DNA of 63,348 bases, counting the filler, from Octopus bimaculoides (taxonomy: Eukaryota): assembly GCF_001194135.2 (NCBI RefSeq). It is 4 parts of 4 records of this genome, joined end to end, with 100 filler letters (N's around TTAATTAATTAA, not from the genome) between each part and the next. Parts side by side here need not be neighbours in the genome. Positions count along the whole stretch, not along the records: positions 36,792 to 63,348 come from NC_068996.1; 3 more parts are not named here. One strand, given 5' to 3'. Positions 63,084 through 63,348 of this stretch are shown here, piece after piece; position 1 is the first letter of the stretch; every line of letters begins with the position of its first letter. A program made the translations under genes and the position numbers. The notes under the pieces were generated by a model. It searched no databases. It saw nothing but the letters and a program-made list of their open reading frames with translations, and was not told the origin of the DNA.

Positions 63084-63085
<2 letters not shown>
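59630..63085 (+). mobile_element. R4/Dong-like LINE (RT to RLE and 3' UTR) interrupted by a mariner
   Basis: WIDYMKAFDSIPH, GIFHGDSLS, YMDDLQLF, RLYLPRS before 60692; KPLHGQ, LKAETEGFILATQDQ, NRPDIVI, YKDLEIEI, TAHILRNF* after 61981; ends in (TAA)n. Confidence 0.9.
60693..61980 (-). mobile_element. Full-length (1288 bp) DD34D mariner, inactivated
   Basis: TIR tcaggtcatcccataagttc / gaacttatgggatgaccaga, TA at left; MEVSKEH start about 61795, WVPYEL, TGDDKW, HQDNARPH..YSPNLPPSD with 34-residue spacing; frameshift near 61095 and C-terminal stops. Confidence 0.95.
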
Positions 63086-63169
<84 letters not shown>

Positions 63170-63348
63170 CACTGCTCCGAAACTTATCCAAAAACATCGG
63201 AAATAAAGACATCGCATGGAGCCAAAAAATAGCTGACAAAGGGTTGGACTATACCCGAGTAAGTAATACTCATTGAAATTTATTCCTATTTTTCCAAATA
63301 TAATGATGTATTTTAACTTGATACCTCCACTACCCGAACAGCGATCGT

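Overview
Eukaryotic, AT-rich, gap-containing genomic scaffold. The dense (TA)n/(CA)n/(GA)n/(TAA)n microsatellites and the tRNA-headed SINE families look like an octopus (coleoid cephalopod) genome; this is inferred, not searched. One intact protein-coding gene is present: a minus-strand MFS transporter of the ZIFL1/DHA1-like type. Eleven coding exons (17464 down to 1817) join through GT-AG sites with consistent phases into 584 codons; the final exon(s) lie left of the window. An old, unprocessed alpha-tubulin pseudogene lies at 50430-52083 (-) and keeps its introns. The rest is transposon debris: four SINE families, R4/Dong-like (RLE) LINEs stacked in (TAA)n tracts, Tx1/L1 and RTE fragments, a Gypsy integrase with LTR, Helitron derivatives, hAT relics, and Tc1/mariner elements (DD34D mariner, DD37D maT, Tc1, MITEs). 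The most unusual structures are a symmetric 588-nt exon encoding an oversized transporter loop, a palindromic element made of two mariner 3' ends, two near-perfect hairpins, and a higher-order minisatellite derived from a SINE A-box. No prokaryotic-type system or CRISPR array is present. Most ORFs in the supplied track are microsatellite or N-gap artefacts. Repeat boundaries are read by eye and approximate unless a TSD or TIR is quoted.
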